Positions 1 to 10,092 of a stretch of 64,000 nt of DNA are shown here, in pieces. The DNA is from Phycisphaerae bacterium (GTDB lineage: Bacteria; Planctomycetota; Phycisphaerae; UBA1845; Fen-1342). The stretch's first letter is position 1. Each line of letters begins with the position of its first letter. The position numbers and the translations under genes were made by a program. Under the pieces are notes generated by a model. That model ran no database searches. It worked only from the letters and a program-made list of their open reading frames with translations, and was not told where the DNA came from. The stretch lies in assembly GCA_963675745.2 (NCBI GenBank), contig CAXXWX010000026.1, positions 256,001 through 320,000 on the forward strand. Reading direction: 5' to 3'.

Positions 1-512
1 AATGACCAGTCCGAGGCCCAACTGACGAACGTGTACCCCAGGCTGGGCGCAAAAGTGGCCGTGAATCCGGCGACGCCAAGCACCATCAAAACCGCGCCCT
101 GCAACGTGGTAAGCACCAGCGTCATGGAGCGTTGGCATACCCAGGCGAACAACAGGCCCAGGCCGCCACACAATACCGCGGCACCAAACTGCCAGACGGC
201 GTCGAGCCTGGCCTGATCGGCAAGGTATATCCCCAAAACACCCCAGACCGCCGCGGACGCCAGGGCCATCGAGGCCCGTTGGAAACGGAAGGCGGTTATC
301 CCGCCGGCCAGCGACGCCAAGGCCGCGAGAAGTTCGGGCGACATGTCGGCGTTGATCGCAATCACCGCGCCGATCAGCCAACCGACGCCGGCGCACGTGA
401 GGGCCAGCAGGGGCTTAAAGAACCGAAAACCATAAAACGCGTACACCATTCCGATAGCGAGGGTCAGGAATCCGACCGTACCGGATTGACTGGTGATCCA
501 GTCCAGAAGCAT
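1..512 (-). CDS. DUF4203/TMEM198-like multi-pass membrane protein (3' end runs off the window)
   Basis: Not in the ORF track because it has no stop in the window. Manual translation from ATG 512 gives MLLDWITSQSGTVGFLTLAIGMVYAFYGFRFFKPLLALTCAGVGWLIG..., with the G-x-R-x-F-K start motif typical of DUF4203 and serial hydrophobic helices. Confidence 0.7.
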   Translation of the reverse strand, partial: MLLDWITSQSGTVGFLTLAIGMVYAFYGFRFFKPLLALTCAGVGWLIGAVIAINADMSPELLAALASLAGGITAFRFQRASMALASAAVWGVLGIYLADQARLDAVWQFGAAVLCGGLGLLFAWVCQRSMTLVLTTLQGAVLMVLGVAGFTATFAPSLGYTFVSWASDWS

Positions 513-713
513 ATCTTGATGACCGTTCAACAAAGAACTCCGTTGGCGAGGCGCTGTTCTGGCCACTCTCATAATGGCAATGATGCAGGCGCATCAGCAA
601 CCTGAGGCGTGGAGAAATCGCGCGTGGGCCGTGCGTATTTGAAGAACGCCTGATAACAAACGCGTGGACGATGGGTAATCGCGATAGGGTCTCAAGCGCC
701 GTGCGCCCGATCT

Positions 714-1541
714 TCAGCCGGCGACGGGCTTGGCCGCGGCCCCGGCGGGCGCGTCAGACGAATCCGCAGCGCTCGTTTTGCGCGATGTGCCGCGGTCACG
801 GCGGCGCTGGTCAAGCAGATTGTACAGGACTGAAAACAGCCAGATGCCTCCGGTGACACCCCACGTCCACGAGCCAAGCTGAGCGGCTTGCTCGTGCAGG
901 CCCAGCAGGTGCAGCAGCCCGTAAACGCCCGCAAGAAGTGTCAGTGTGCCAAGGGTGGCGGCCGCGACCGCCCGCGCGATCGCCGGCAACATCAGGCCAA
1001 ACACGAGCCCAGCCAGCCCGGTCGAGATCGCGATCGCCAACAGGCTCATCTCGAGGTGGGGAACATGCGCTTGAAGATAGTCCCACTCAACACGCTGCAT
1101 CCACCCGCCAAACACGGCCGGCGATTCTCCAGCGTCAAGCAGAGTTACGTCGACGCCCTCGCCGGCGCGGTAGCGCCATATGGCTGGATCGAGAACCTTG
1201 GCGTAGTAGAGGCCCAGCGAACCACAGGTTGCGAACAGGGCAAACAGCGCCGCCAGCCAGATACGTGCCAGAAAAACGCCCAGTAGTAACAGGGCGACTG
1301 AGGCAATCAGTGTTGTCGGCAAGTGAGGCAAGCCGGCTTGTCGCGCGACGAGCGCCCCCGCCCCGGCCCCGACCCCGGCGAAAACTATCGAGATCAGGAA
1401 CGTCGTCAGCCGCGCACCCTTCAGCAGCAAGACCGCCGCCGCCAGCAACACGCCGATCGTGACGACCCAAGGTGTCCACTCGTAGCCGCCGGCCAGATGT
1501 TGGCGGGTTGTCTCGATCAGATTGTCGGCCAACTCATACAT
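714..1541 (-). CDS. Multi-pass membrane protein, DUF4203-like; probable paralog of the downstream gene
   Basis: 275 aa with about 7 Gly/Ala-rich TM segments; LLLKGARL is equivalent to the YGFRF motif of the neighbour. Confidence 0.6.
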   Translation of the reverse strand: MYELADNLIETTRQHLAGGYEWTPWVVTIGVLLAAAVLLLKGARLTTFLISIVFAGVGAGAGALVARQAGLPHLPTTLIASVALLLLGVFLARIWLAALFALFATCGSLGLYYAKVLDPAIWRYRAGEGVDVTLLDAGESPAVFGGWMQRVEWDYLQAHVPHLEMSLLAIAISTGLAGLVFGLMLPAIARAVAAATLGTLTLLAGVYGLLHLLGLHEQAAQLGSWTWGVTGGIWLFSVLYNLLDQRRRDRGTSRKTSAADSSDAPAGAAAKPVAG

Positions 1542-1587
1542 CTCTAGTGCTCTCGTCGCTGTGTCCCGCGTCTATCAGGCAAGTGGC

Positions 1588-2493
1588 CTAGGGCGTCGCG
1601 GGTTGGAACCAGATCTCGCCTTTAGGTCGCAAATCGTAGACGCCCGCGGGGGGAAGTTCTCCGCCGGAGCCAAACTGCTCGCGCAACCGGTCCAGCTTTT
1701 CCGCGGCGAGCGCTTCCGTCTCAAACTCCTTGCCCGGCGCGCGTCCCCAGATGATATTCACATCCGGGCTGATGGTTTTGATACGCAGTACGCCCGTCGT
1801 CGAGTCAGCATAGCCGGAGACATCGACGGCTTTCAAGACATTTCGGTGTGGCAGACGCCCATCGACACCGGCTCGGTTGAGCAGACTGACAAGCGCCAGG
1901 CCCCCTTCCCGGTCGATACCCGGCCACAGATTACCCTGCCCGGGCGGAGCGTGGTGCAACCCGTCGATCGGCAGCCAGCGCGGATCGACTCGCTCCCGCG
2001 CGATGGCAGGCCAAAGCTGATACCCCGCGTGGTCCAGCAGGTATGCGTTATTACCACGGAGGGCGTAAGTCAGCGGCTTGCGGAATTCAGCCGTAACACG
2101 GACGACATTATCGGCCCGCTTGGTGACGCGGTACACGTCGGCGATCCAGGGCGATGACGCCGCCCGGCTGTGTACCCATTCGCACAGGCCTTCGTAGTGC
2201 GGGTCGGCGTCTGCCGCCAGGCCGATCCGATCCTCTATCTCCGTCAGCACCTCGGCGTAGCGCTCATCGGCGAGCCACGCCGGCAGGTTCGTCCACTCTA
2301 TACGCGTCGGGTACGTCGAAGGTTCGCCATAAGCCGACAGCGCATACGGCTCGATCGCATTAAGACCGTAGGCCAGCGCCGCGAAAGTCGCCAACCAGCC
2401 AACCCCCAGGCCTACGCGCCGTACAGCGGTGACCGTGAGCAGCGGCCCGCGTTTCTTGGTCTTGCGGCGTTTTGTCGGAGCTTTACGCGCCAC
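1588..2493 (-). CDS. ftsQ: FtsQ/DivIB-like cell division protein
   Basis: Basic N-tail, single TM and POTRA-like SSPWIADVYRVTKRADNVVRVTAEFRKP; sits directly after ddl, the canonical ftsQ position. Confidence 0.65.
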   Translation of the reverse strand: MARKAPTKRRKTKKRGPLLTVTAVRRVGLGVGWLATFAALAYGLNAIEPYALSAYGEPSTYPTRIEWTNLPAWLADERYAEVLTEIEDRIGLAADADPHYEGLCEWVHSRAASSPWIADVYRVTKRADNVVRVTAEFRKPLTYALRGNNAYLLDHAGYQLWPAIARERVDPRWLPIDGLHHAPPGQGNLWPGIDREGGLALVSLLNRAGVDGRLPHRNVLKAVDVSGYADSTTGVLRIKTISPDVNIIWGRAPGKEFETEALAAEKLDRLREQFGSGGELPPAGVYDLRPKGEIWFQPATP

Positions 2494-3412
2494 GCGCGTC
2501 CTCCAATGCCATCAGCACCAGCCGTTCCACCAGCGCGTCAAAACCAAGGCCCTGGGCGGCGGCGGCTTTGGGCACAAGCGAATGACTGGTGAACCCGGGG
2601 AGGGTGTTCACCTCAAGAAACCACGGTTTTCCAGCGCGGTCCACGATCCAGTCAAGGCGCGCCAGATGTCGGCAACCCAACCGCTCGAATATCTGCTCAC
2701 TGCGGGTGCGCAGCTCACGCAGCAACTCGTCGGGTTGCCCCGTCTCAAACACGTATTCGGTCGAGTCGTCGACGTATTTCGCCTTGTAGTCATAAAACCC
2801 GCCCTGGGGTCGCACGCAAACCGGCGCCAGAGCCGACTTTTCGAGGATGCCGACGGTCAGCTCGTCACCGTCGATGAACTGCTCGACCATCGCGCGGCCA
2901 TACGCCGATGTTACGTCGCGGATCGCCCGGTCAAACTCATCTCGGGCATGGATCGCGCACGTGTGTACGCTGCTGCCCTGGTCCACGGGCTTGACCACGG
3001 CCGGTAGCGGCAGCGCGGTGGTGTCAACGTCGCCGTCTTCAGCGCCAACGATCACGTGTGCGGCCACGTTGATTCCAAGCGGCGTCACGGCCTGCTTGGT
3101 GAGCTCCTTGTCCATCGCAACGGCCGACGCGCGGGAACCTGAGCCGACGAAGCAAAGTCCGCGATCCTCCATGATTCGCTGCAACTGGCCGTCCTCACCA
3201 AACGTCCCGTGCAAGGCTGGGAAGATGACGTCGGCAGGGTGCTCGAGCGCGGCGAGATTCTCCTGGTCGATGTCAGCCAGGAACACCTCGTGCCCGCGAT
3301 TGCGCAGAGCCTGGGCAATCGCCGCGCCGGATTGCAGGCTGACCTCGCGCTCGGCGCTGGGGCCACCGGCAAGAACAGTGACGCGCAGGTTGTGGGGGTT
3401 GGGGGACGTCAT
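2483..3412 (-). CDS. ddl: D-alanine--D-alanine ligase
   Basis: Motifs GGPSAEREVSLQSG, ALHGTFGEDG, YDYKAKY and LEVNTLPGFT. Confidence 0.97.
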   Translation of the reverse strand: MTSPNPHNLRVTVLAGGPSAEREVSLQSGAAIAQALRNRGHEVFLADIDQENLAALEHPADVIFPALHGTFGEDGQLQRIMEDRGLCFVGSGSRASAVAMDKELTKQAVTPLGINVAAHVIVGAEDGDVDTTALPLPAVVKPVDQGSSVHTCAIHARDEFDRAIRDVTSAYGRAMVEQFIDGDELTVGILEKSALAPVCVRPQGGFYDYKAKYVDDSTEYVFETGQPDELLRELRTRSEQIFERLGCRHLARLDWIVDRAGKPWFLEVNTLPGFTSHSLVPKAAAAQGLGFDALVERLVLMALEDARGA

Positions 3413-3437
3413 GCCGGCCGATCCTCGGCAAATCCGT

Positions 3438-4319
3438 TCACCAGACTTCGACCTCGAGCTCCAGCTCGATACCGTGTGCTTCGCGTACGCGATCCTTCGC
3501 GAGCGCGACTAATTCTAACACATCGCGTGCCGTCGCGCCAGCGTGCGCCAGGATGAAATTCGCGTGGCGCTTGCTGATCTCGGCGTTTCCGCGGCGCTGC
3601 CCCTTCATACCGGCCTGGTCGAGCAACATACCGGCCGAGTTGCCGGGCGGGTTCTTGAATATGCAGCCGGCGCTGCGCGCGCCGAGCGGCGGCTGGTCGG
3701 CGCTTTTCTCAAGCCACACGCGCCGATGCTCGGCAAGCAAGTCGTCGCTGCTACCCGGTGCCAGCACGAACGTGGCATCGAGCACGATTGCACCGCGTAA
3801 ATCGGTATGGCGGTAACTGAAAGCCACGTCACGCCCCGCGACCTCGGCGATCGTACCGTCGGCTTGAAGCAGGCGCAGCTTCTCAATCCTGTCGGCCACC
3901 ATTCCGTACTTCCCGCCGGCGTTCATGCGCACGATTCCGCCGACCGTACCCGGAATACCCGCCAGCCCCTCCAACCCGGCCAGACCGCGCGCGCAGGCTT
4001 CTTTGACAAGTTGGGTGAAGTCGGTGCCGGCACCGGCACGCACGCGCGGCGGAGTCCACGTCACCTCCTGCCACGCCGCGCCGCTCAGCATGATCACGGC
4101 GGCATCAACACCCTCGTCGCGGACGAGCACATTCGCGCCGCGCCCCAGCACGCGCCAACTGACATCCGCCATGCGGCAGCGCGCCAGCAATTCGACAAGC
4201 TCGTCTTCATCGGAGGGTGTGAAAAGCCAGCGTGCCGCCCCGCCCAGTCGATACCACGTCAGGTCGGACAACGGGGCTTCAGGCCGGCAACTGGCCTCCA
4301 AGCCTCTGTACCAAGTCAT
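3438..4319 (-). CDS. murB: UDP-N-acetylenolpyruvoylglucosamine reductase
   Basis: Motifs GIPGTVGG..MNAG, SAGCIFKNP, HANF and LELEV. Confidence 0.97.
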   Translation of the reverse strand: MTWYRGLEASCRPEAPLSDLTWYRLGGAARWLFTPSDEDELVELLARCRMADVSWRVLGRGANVLVRDEGVDAAVIMLSGAAWQEVTWTPPRVRAGAGTDFTQLVKEACARGLAGLEGLAGIPGTVGGIVRMNAGGKYGMVADRIEKLRLLQADGTIAEVAGRDVAFSYRHTDLRGAIVLDATFVLAPGSSDDLLAEHRRVWLEKSADQPPLGARSAGCIFKNPPGNSAGMLLDQAGMKGQRRGNAEISKRHANFILAHAGATARDVLELVALAKDRVREAHGIELELEVEVW

Positions 4320-5715
4320 CGGCCACTTTCCAGATCGTGCCGGCCCCCATGGTCATGACCACATCACCCGGGGCCAGATCGCGTTGCACGCGGTCCACGA
4401 TCGCTTTGAAGTCGGGTATGTACTCGGCGCTGCCGCCGCGCTCTTTGATGCGCTTGACCAGATCCTCGGCGCAGACGGCTTCTCGATCCCGTGCGCTGTC
4501 GCGTACGAAATATATGTCCGGCACGATCACGCGATCGGCGCGCGAGAGGCTGGTGGAAAAATCGTCGAGCAGAAAACGTGTGCGTGAATGCTGATGCGGC
4601 TGAAAGATGCACCACAAGCGTGTCGGCTGAAAACGTTCCCTGGCGGTGGCCAGCGTGGCACGAATCTCGGTGGGATGATGTGCGTAATCATCGACAATCG
4701 TGACGCCATCGATCGCCGCCCGCACCTCGAGACGCCGACTGACGCCCTCGTAGCTGCTGAGCGCCTGCGCGATGACTTCAAACGTCACGCCTGCATCGTT
4801 CGCCAGCGCGATCACGGCCAGCGCGTTGAGCACGTTGTGTCGGCCGGCCAGACCCAGCGTGAAGCACCCTCGCTGAGCGCCGTTGTGGCACAAGTTGAAG
4901 CTGTAACGCCCCTCCTCGGCGGTGAGCTGCGTGGCACGCCAGGTGTTTCCCTCGCCGAAACCGAACGTCTCGACGCGTGACTTACCACCGCTTCGCAGCT
5001 CGGAGCACGCGTCGTCATCCCCGTTGACCACGAGCAATCCGCTCCGCGGTAAGCGCTCGGCGAAGCTCGCGAATGCGCCCTGGATCGCGCCCAGGTCGGC
5101 GTAGTAATCGAGGTGGTCTTCCTCGATGTTCAGCACGGCCGCCGCGCCAGGATTGAGGTTGAGGAACGAGCGATCGTACTCGCAGGCCTCGGCCACGAAG
5201 TGCGGGCCGCTGCCGGCGGCGCTGGCGCCGGAGAGTTGCCGACTGACCGCGCCGACCACGAAACTCGGGTCAAGCCCGGCCAGGCGCAGCGCATAGGCCA
5301 CCCACGCGCTCGTGGTGCTCTTGCCGTGTGTCCCGCTGATCGCGACGCCGTCGTAACGCTGCATCAGCGCGCCCAGAAGCTGGGCGTAGCGCATCATCGG
5401 GATGCCGCGGCTTTGCGCGGCGAGCATCTCCGGATGCGTCGGCTTGACGGCGGCCGACGAGACCAGGAGCTGAGCCCCCGCCGGCAGCATGACGGATGAT
5501 TGCTCGAGCTGGATTTCCGCGCCCTGGTCGCGCAGCGACGCAATGATCGGCGACGGACATGCATCCGTGCCCGTCACGATCGCGCCATGGCGCAGCAGCA
5601 ACGCGGCCAGGCCAGACATGCCGCTGCCGCCGATGCCGACCATGTGGACGTGATACCCCGCCAGCTTGCACGGCAGGAGCGACGGCGTGGAGCTCGTGGT
5701 GGGATTAGCACTCAT
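4279..5715 (-). CDS. murC: UDP-N-acetylmuramate--L-alanine ligase
   Basis: Motifs GIGGSGMSGLA, GTHGKSTT, EACEYD, DDYAHHPTE and FQPH. Start placed at ATG 5715 (ORF track extends to 5754). Confidence 0.96.
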   Translation of the reverse strand: MSANPTTSSTPSLLPCKLAGYHVHMVGIGGSGMSGLAALLLRHGAIVTGTDACPSPIIASLRDQGAEIQLEQSSVMLPAGAQLLVSSAAVKPTHPEMLAAQSRGIPMMRYAQLLGALMQRYDGVAISGTHGKSTTSAWVAYALRLAGLDPSFVVGAVSRQLSGASAAGSGPHFVAEACEYDRSFLNLNPGAAAVLNIEEDHLDYYADLGAIQGAFASFAERLPRSGLLVVNGDDDACSELRSGGKSRVETFGFGEGNTWRATQLTAEEGRYSFNLCHNGAQRGCFTLGLAGRHNVLNALAVIALANDAGVTFEVIAQALSSYEGVSRRLEVRAAIDGVTIVDDYAHHPTEIRATLATARERFQPTRLWCIFQPHQHSRTRFLLDDFSTSLSRADRVIVPDIYFVRDSARDREAVCAEDLVKRIKERGGSAEYIPDFKAIVDRVQRDLAPGDVVMTMGAGTIWKVADDLVQRLGGQLPA

Positions 5716-5773
5716 GACCTGGAGAGTATCGGCAAACCCGGCTTGCCTCAACATGGAGAGCAGGGAACACCGA

Positions 5774-5905
5774 GAGCCGTCAGCTTCCAGCGATCAGCCA
5801 TCAGCTATCAGCTACAACAACTGACTGCGCCCGACGAGACGCTGTTTCTGTGGCTGACCGCTGAGAGCTGATCGCTGACCGCTGACCGCTGAATACTGAC
5901 GGCTC
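5774..5905. repeat. Palindromic element with heptamer-repeat arms
   Basis: Terminal 10-bp IR GAGCCGTCAG...CTGACGGCTC. The left arm has (x)ATCAGC(x) heptamers and the right arm has GCTGACC/GCTGAGA/GCTGATC heptamers. Confidence 0.8.
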
Positions 5906-6001
5906 CTTTGCACTTTGCGGGCATACGTGGTAGTTAACGGGCCGCCGGGTGAGCCAAAGCCCGCGGTTGGCCGGCCCGCGAGCACATGGACAGAGGGTTC
6001 G

Positions 6002-8869
6002 ATGAACGACCCTGCGGTCAGTCCTGTCTCTTCAGATCGTGACGCGCGTTTACGCCTGGCTATCTCGCGCGCCGCGGGGATCGCCACGCTGCTGCTGCTT
6101 GTCGGCACGATGTTCCTGAGCAGCCCGCGGCCCGATCAAACCTATCCCGGCCAGCTTCCTTGGTCTGAGTATTCTGTTCTGCGCGGGCTGATCTGGGTCA
6201 CGACCCTGGGCTGGTCCGTGGAAACCGCGCGCGGCGTCGAGATCAAGGATCTGGTGTTCCATGGGGCCGCGGTGCTGGGACTGCTGCTGCTCGCCGCGCG
6301 TACCCTGCTGTCGCGCCAGCCGGTACGTATCCGAGACTGCGTCAAACAGCCCTGGCTGGCGGCGCAATTCCTGCTACTGGCGTGGGTGGCACTCTCGCTG
6401 GCCAGCGCGCTGTGGTCTGGTGATGCGGCGCTGTCAATCGGGCAGGGGGTGCTGTATGCGCTGGCGCTGGCCTGGGCCATCAGCCTGGCCTGGACGCTCG
6501 AACGCCGGGATCTGCCCTGGATACTCGGGGGTGTGGTCGCGATCTCTAGTCTGTGCGCGCTCACAACCATCTGGTACTACATTGAACGCAACCCTCATCA
6601 CCGGCCCGGCTTCCCGATCGGAAACCCGAACTCGCTGGCCGCGTGCCTGCTTCCGGCGATCGTGATTGCGCTCAGCGTGGCCGGCTCTACGCTGCGCCGG
6701 CGCTGGCGGGAAGGCGGCTGGCACGACGTCCGCCAGGCCGCCTGGTGTTGTGTCGCGCTGCTGCCGCTGCTCATCGGCTTCTGGCTCGCCGGATCGCTGG
6801 CCGCAAAGATCGGAGTCGTAGCCGGTATCGGGACGCTGGTGTTCCTTCAGGTCGGGCCGCGCCGGCGTTGGTGGGTGATGCTGGCCGCGCTGTTGATCGT
6901 GGCGTCCGCGGTCACGTACCGCTTCAGCGGCGTCGGCGGTCTCTCGATGGGTCGCGGGGCGAGCGCGCGCTTTCGCCTGTACGCCTGGCGTTACGCATCA
7001 ACGCTGTGGCAAACGCATCCCTGGTTCGGCGCGGGGGCCGGCGCCTATCCGCGCCTAGCCAACGGCCTGTCAATCGAAGACGAGATGCTCGACCCGGCGG
7101 CGTTCATGGCCCCGATGCGCGGACATGCCCACAACGAGCTGTTCGAAATACTGGCCGAGGTCGGCTTGATCGGCGGCACGGTGTATGTGGCGGGCTATCT
7201 GGCCACGCTGGCGGGCGGATGGGTGCTGTTGCGCCGCCGCCAGACCGGCACGTCGCGTCTGCTGCTGCTGGGAGTGCTGGCTTCCGTGGTTGCACTCATG
7301 GCCGACGGAGGGGGAAGCGTGGGCATGCGACTGCCGGGCGTGCCGGTGCTGTTTTACACGATGATTGGTGTCATCTGGGCGTTGGGACGCTGCGACGCGC
7401 GTGGGGATGGCGTCGCCGAGGCGATCGCGGCGATTGTCGACCCGCGCGCCGCACAACGTCCACGCGCCTATCTGCCGCGGGTGGCGGGCGCGGCGGTGTG
7501 CCTGGCGGCCGCCTGCGGCGCCGGTTATTTCACGACCAGCAATTGGATCGGCGTCATACGCGAGCGACAAGGGCCGGCACTCTCCGCTGCCGGTGATCTC
7601 GCCGGCGCACTCCGCGCAACGCTGGATGCCGAGTCGCGCCTGTTGGATCCGGTTCGACGTCTGGGAGCCGACGAACGCGTTGTGCGCTACCGTTTCGCGA
7701 TCGCCGTACGTGCGTTTTATGCACTAGGTGGCGAAGACACGGACGAAGCCGCCCGGCAGGCTCATCGGGCGCAAGCGGCAAGGCTGCTCGTCGAGGCCTA
7801 TGAGGCAGCCGTGTATTTCGACCAGCGTATCCCCAATCTCGGCGACACCCCCACTATCGGCGCGCGTTGCGCGGAAATGCTCGCCCGCCTGGCGGACAAT
7901 GATCGGCCGGACGAAGCACGCCAGTGGCGCCGTCTGGCCGCGCAGGCCTGGGCCTGGCAGAGACGGCACAACCGCTATCACGTTGACGCGCTGCTGGCGC
8001 TGTCGCAGCCGCTGTATGGCGCGACGCTGCCGGTGCGCGTGACATTTCTGCGCGACGCCTTGCGGCTCGGTCGCGCCAGCGATGAGCGTTGGATGCGCTC
8101 CCTGCGTTGGTTAGCGCGCGAGCCGGGCTTTGAGGCCGCGCTGACCCGGGTTGTCCAGGCCGCCGGCCCGATCGACCCCAGGACGAGTGTGGACGCGATT
8201 GTGGCCTCCATGGCGCCGGAGGCCTATCGGCTCTCGGCGGCGTGGCGCTCGTTGCGTGGGGAGCACGCTGTCGCGGCTGAACAGGCCGCGCGCGCCGCGG
8301 CGCTTTACGAGCCGCTGCACGCGCGGTTCCCGACGCTGCGATCGGTAGCGCTCAGCGAGCAGGCCGAGTGCCTGTTTCGCGCGTCACCCCGGGAGACGAC
8401 ACCAGCAGCCGCGTTGGTGCGTCAGGCGTATGATGCCTTGCCAAACATCCAGCCACAGCAATTCGACGCCCTGGCTCGACCCTATTACCTGCAGATCGTG
8501 GGCTATGAACTGCTGGCCCCCGGGCGCGAAGATGAGGCGCGCCAGGCGTTCATCGACCAGGGTTTGGAACCGGTCGCCGCGCTGGCCGACGCCTACGTTG
8601 ATCTGGCAAGAGCATTCATCCACGCGCCGCTGACCTCGCGACCTGCGACGGTGGGCGTCTGGCTGACACGGGCAATCCAACTTGAGCCCACGCACGTCGA
8701 GGCCTGGCAGTACGGGGCGTGGCTCGCGGCCGAGACGGGCCGAGGTGAGGCCGTCGCCGGCGTGCTGGCGGACGCGCGGAAGGCGGGACTGACCGATACC
8801 GATATCGCGCGTATCCGCGCGCTATTGGCTGCGGAGTTTATCGCCCCAGGCGGCGGCGCGCGGCCGTGA
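6002..8869 (+). CDS. O-antigen ligase (Wzy_C/WaaL-like) membrane protein with C-terminal TPR-like helical region
   Basis: About 12 TM segments; GNPN, R..W...PWFGAGAG and HAHNELFEILAEVG motifs; Ala-rich helical C-terminal half. Start placed at ATG 6002 after GAGG. Confidence 0.85.
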   Translation: MNDPAVSPVSSDRDARLRLAISRAAGIATLLLLVGTMFLSSPRPDQTYPGQLPWSEYSVLRGLIWVTTLGWSVETARGVEIKDLVFHGAAVLGLLLLAARTLLSRQPVRIRDCVKQPWLAAQFLLLAWVALSLASALWSGDAALSIGQGVLYALALAWAISLAWTLERRDLPWILGGVVAISSLCALTTIWYYIERNPHHRPGFPIGNPNSLAACLLPAIVIALSVAGSTLRRRWREGGWHDVRQAAWCCVALLPLLIGFWLAGSLAAKIGVVAGIGTLVFLQVGPRRRWWVMLAALLIVASAVTYRFSGVGGLSMGRGASARFRLYAWRYASTLWQTHPWFGAGAGAYPRLANGLSIEDEMLDPAAFMAPMRGHAHNELFEILAEVGLIGGTVYVAGYLATLAGGWVLLRRRQTGTSRLLLLGVLASVVALMADGGGSVGMRLPGVPVLFYTMIGVIWALGRCDARGDGVAEAIAAIVDPRAAQRPRAYLPRVAGAAVCLAAACGAGYFTTSNWIGVIRERQGPALSAAGDLAGALRATLDAESRLLDPVRRLGADERVVRYRFAIAVRAFYALGGEDTDEAARQAHRAQAARLLVEAYEAAVYFDQRIPNLGDTPTIGARCAEMLARLADNDRPDEARQWRRLAAQAWAWQRRHNRYHVDALLALSQPLYGATLPVRVTFLRDALRLGRASDERWMRSLRWLAREPGFEAALTRVVQAAGPIDPRTSVDAIVASMAPEAYRLSAAWRSLRGEHAVAAEQAARAAALYEPLHARFPTLRSVALSEQAECLFRASPRETTPAAALVRQAYDALPNIQPQQFDALARPYYLQIVGYELLAPGREDEARQAFIDQGLEPVAALADAYVDLARAFIHAPLTSRPATVGVWLTRAIQLEPTHVEAWQYGAWLAAETGRGEAVAGVLADARKAGLTDTDIARIRALLAAEFIAPGGGARP

Positions 8870-8922
8870 TATTCGAAGCCAAGTGCCGGAAAGCCGGCAC
8901 CCACGCACCAGGAGCAAGCGCA

Positions 8923-10092
8923 ATGACCATCGGATCTTCGAGCCTGGCTCAACTGGCCCGTATTCGAGACTTCAAGTCCCGCCGCACAAGCAGCTATGAC
9001 CGCAGCGGCGGCAACTTCGACTGGGTCGAGGTCGCGCCGGGGAAGCGGCACGTGCTCGCAGACGTTGACGGACCGGCGTGCATCAAGCACATCTGGTGTA
9101 CGCACAGCCTGGCACACCAGCGCGAGGCCAATCGCAGCATCGTCTTGCGCATGTGGTGGGACGCCGAGCGCACCCCCAGCGTCGAGGTGCCCATCGCCGA
9201 CTTCTTCGGCGGCGGGTTCGGCATCTGCAAGGATTTCTGGTCGTTGCCACTTCAGATGAACCCGGATCGCGGGAGAGCGATGAACTGCTGGTTTCCCATG
9301 CCGTTTGAAAAACACGGGCGCATCGAGATACACAACGAGTGTCACGAACCGCTCAACTTCTACTACTACGTGGACTACGAGGCGTACCGGGCCTGGGAAG
9401 GCGATCTGGCGTATTTCCACGCGCAATGGCGCCGCGAGAACCCGACGGCCGGATGGGGGCGCAAGGACATCAAGGGCCCACAGAATCGTGATGAGTTGCG
9501 CAAGGCCTGGAAAACGCCCAACACCACCGGCGTGGAAAACTACGTCATTCTCGATGCGACCGGCAGCGGGCAATACGCCGGCTGCCACCTGGACGTCGAT
9601 TGCTTTCAGCGGGAAAAGAACGACTGGTACGGCGAGGGCGACGACATGATCTTCGTCGATGGCGAGCCGTGGCCGCCGAGCCTGCACGGCACGGGCACCG
9701 AGGATTACTTCTCAACCGCCTATTGTCCGCGGACGGTCTATAACTCGCCGTATTGCGGGATCACGCAGTACAACGGAACGGACTGGGGGCCGGAGGGGGA
9801 ATGCTGGCCGTTTCGCGGAAAGAACTCGCTATACCGCTTTCACGTTGAGGACCCGATTCGATTCGAAAAGTCGATTCGCGTAACGATCGAACACGGTCAC
9901 AACAACAAGCTGAGTAACGACTACAGCAGCACGGCTTACTGGTATCAGTTCGAGCCGCACAAGCGGTTTCCAAAGCTGCCGCCGGCCAAGGCACGCATCG
10001 CTCGTCCGGACTTTCCGACGTTTACGGCGGCGTCCGGCACACCGGCCGGTCCGCCGCCGTCGGCGCGCAGCTCTCGTCGCCGGCGCCGCTAG
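8923..10092 (+). CDS. DUF2961 / glycoside hydrolase family 172 protein
   Basis: Motifs SSYDRSGGN, PSVEVP..DFF, WYGEGDD, GTGTEDYF and YRFHVEDPIRF; GGAG RBS before ATG 8923. Confidence 0.9.
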   Translation: MTIGSSSLAQLARIRDFKSRRTSSYDRSGGNFDWVEVAPGKRHVLADVDGPACIKHIWCTHSLAHQREANRSIVLRMWWDAERTPSVEVPIADFFGGGFGICKDFWSLPLQMNPDRGRAMNCWFPMPFEKHGRIEIHNECHEPLNFYYYVDYEAYRAWEGDLAYFHAQWRRENPTAGWGRKDIKGPQNRDELRKAWKTPNTTGVENYVILDATGSGQYAGCHLDVDCFQREKNDWYGEGDDMIFVDGEPWPPSLHGTGTEDYFSTAYCPRTVYNSPYCGITQYNGTDWGPEGECWPFRGKNSLYRFHVEDPIRFEKSIRVTIEHGHNNKLSNDYSSTAYWYQFEPHKRFPKLPPAKARIARPDFPTFTAASGTPAGPPPSARSSRRRRR

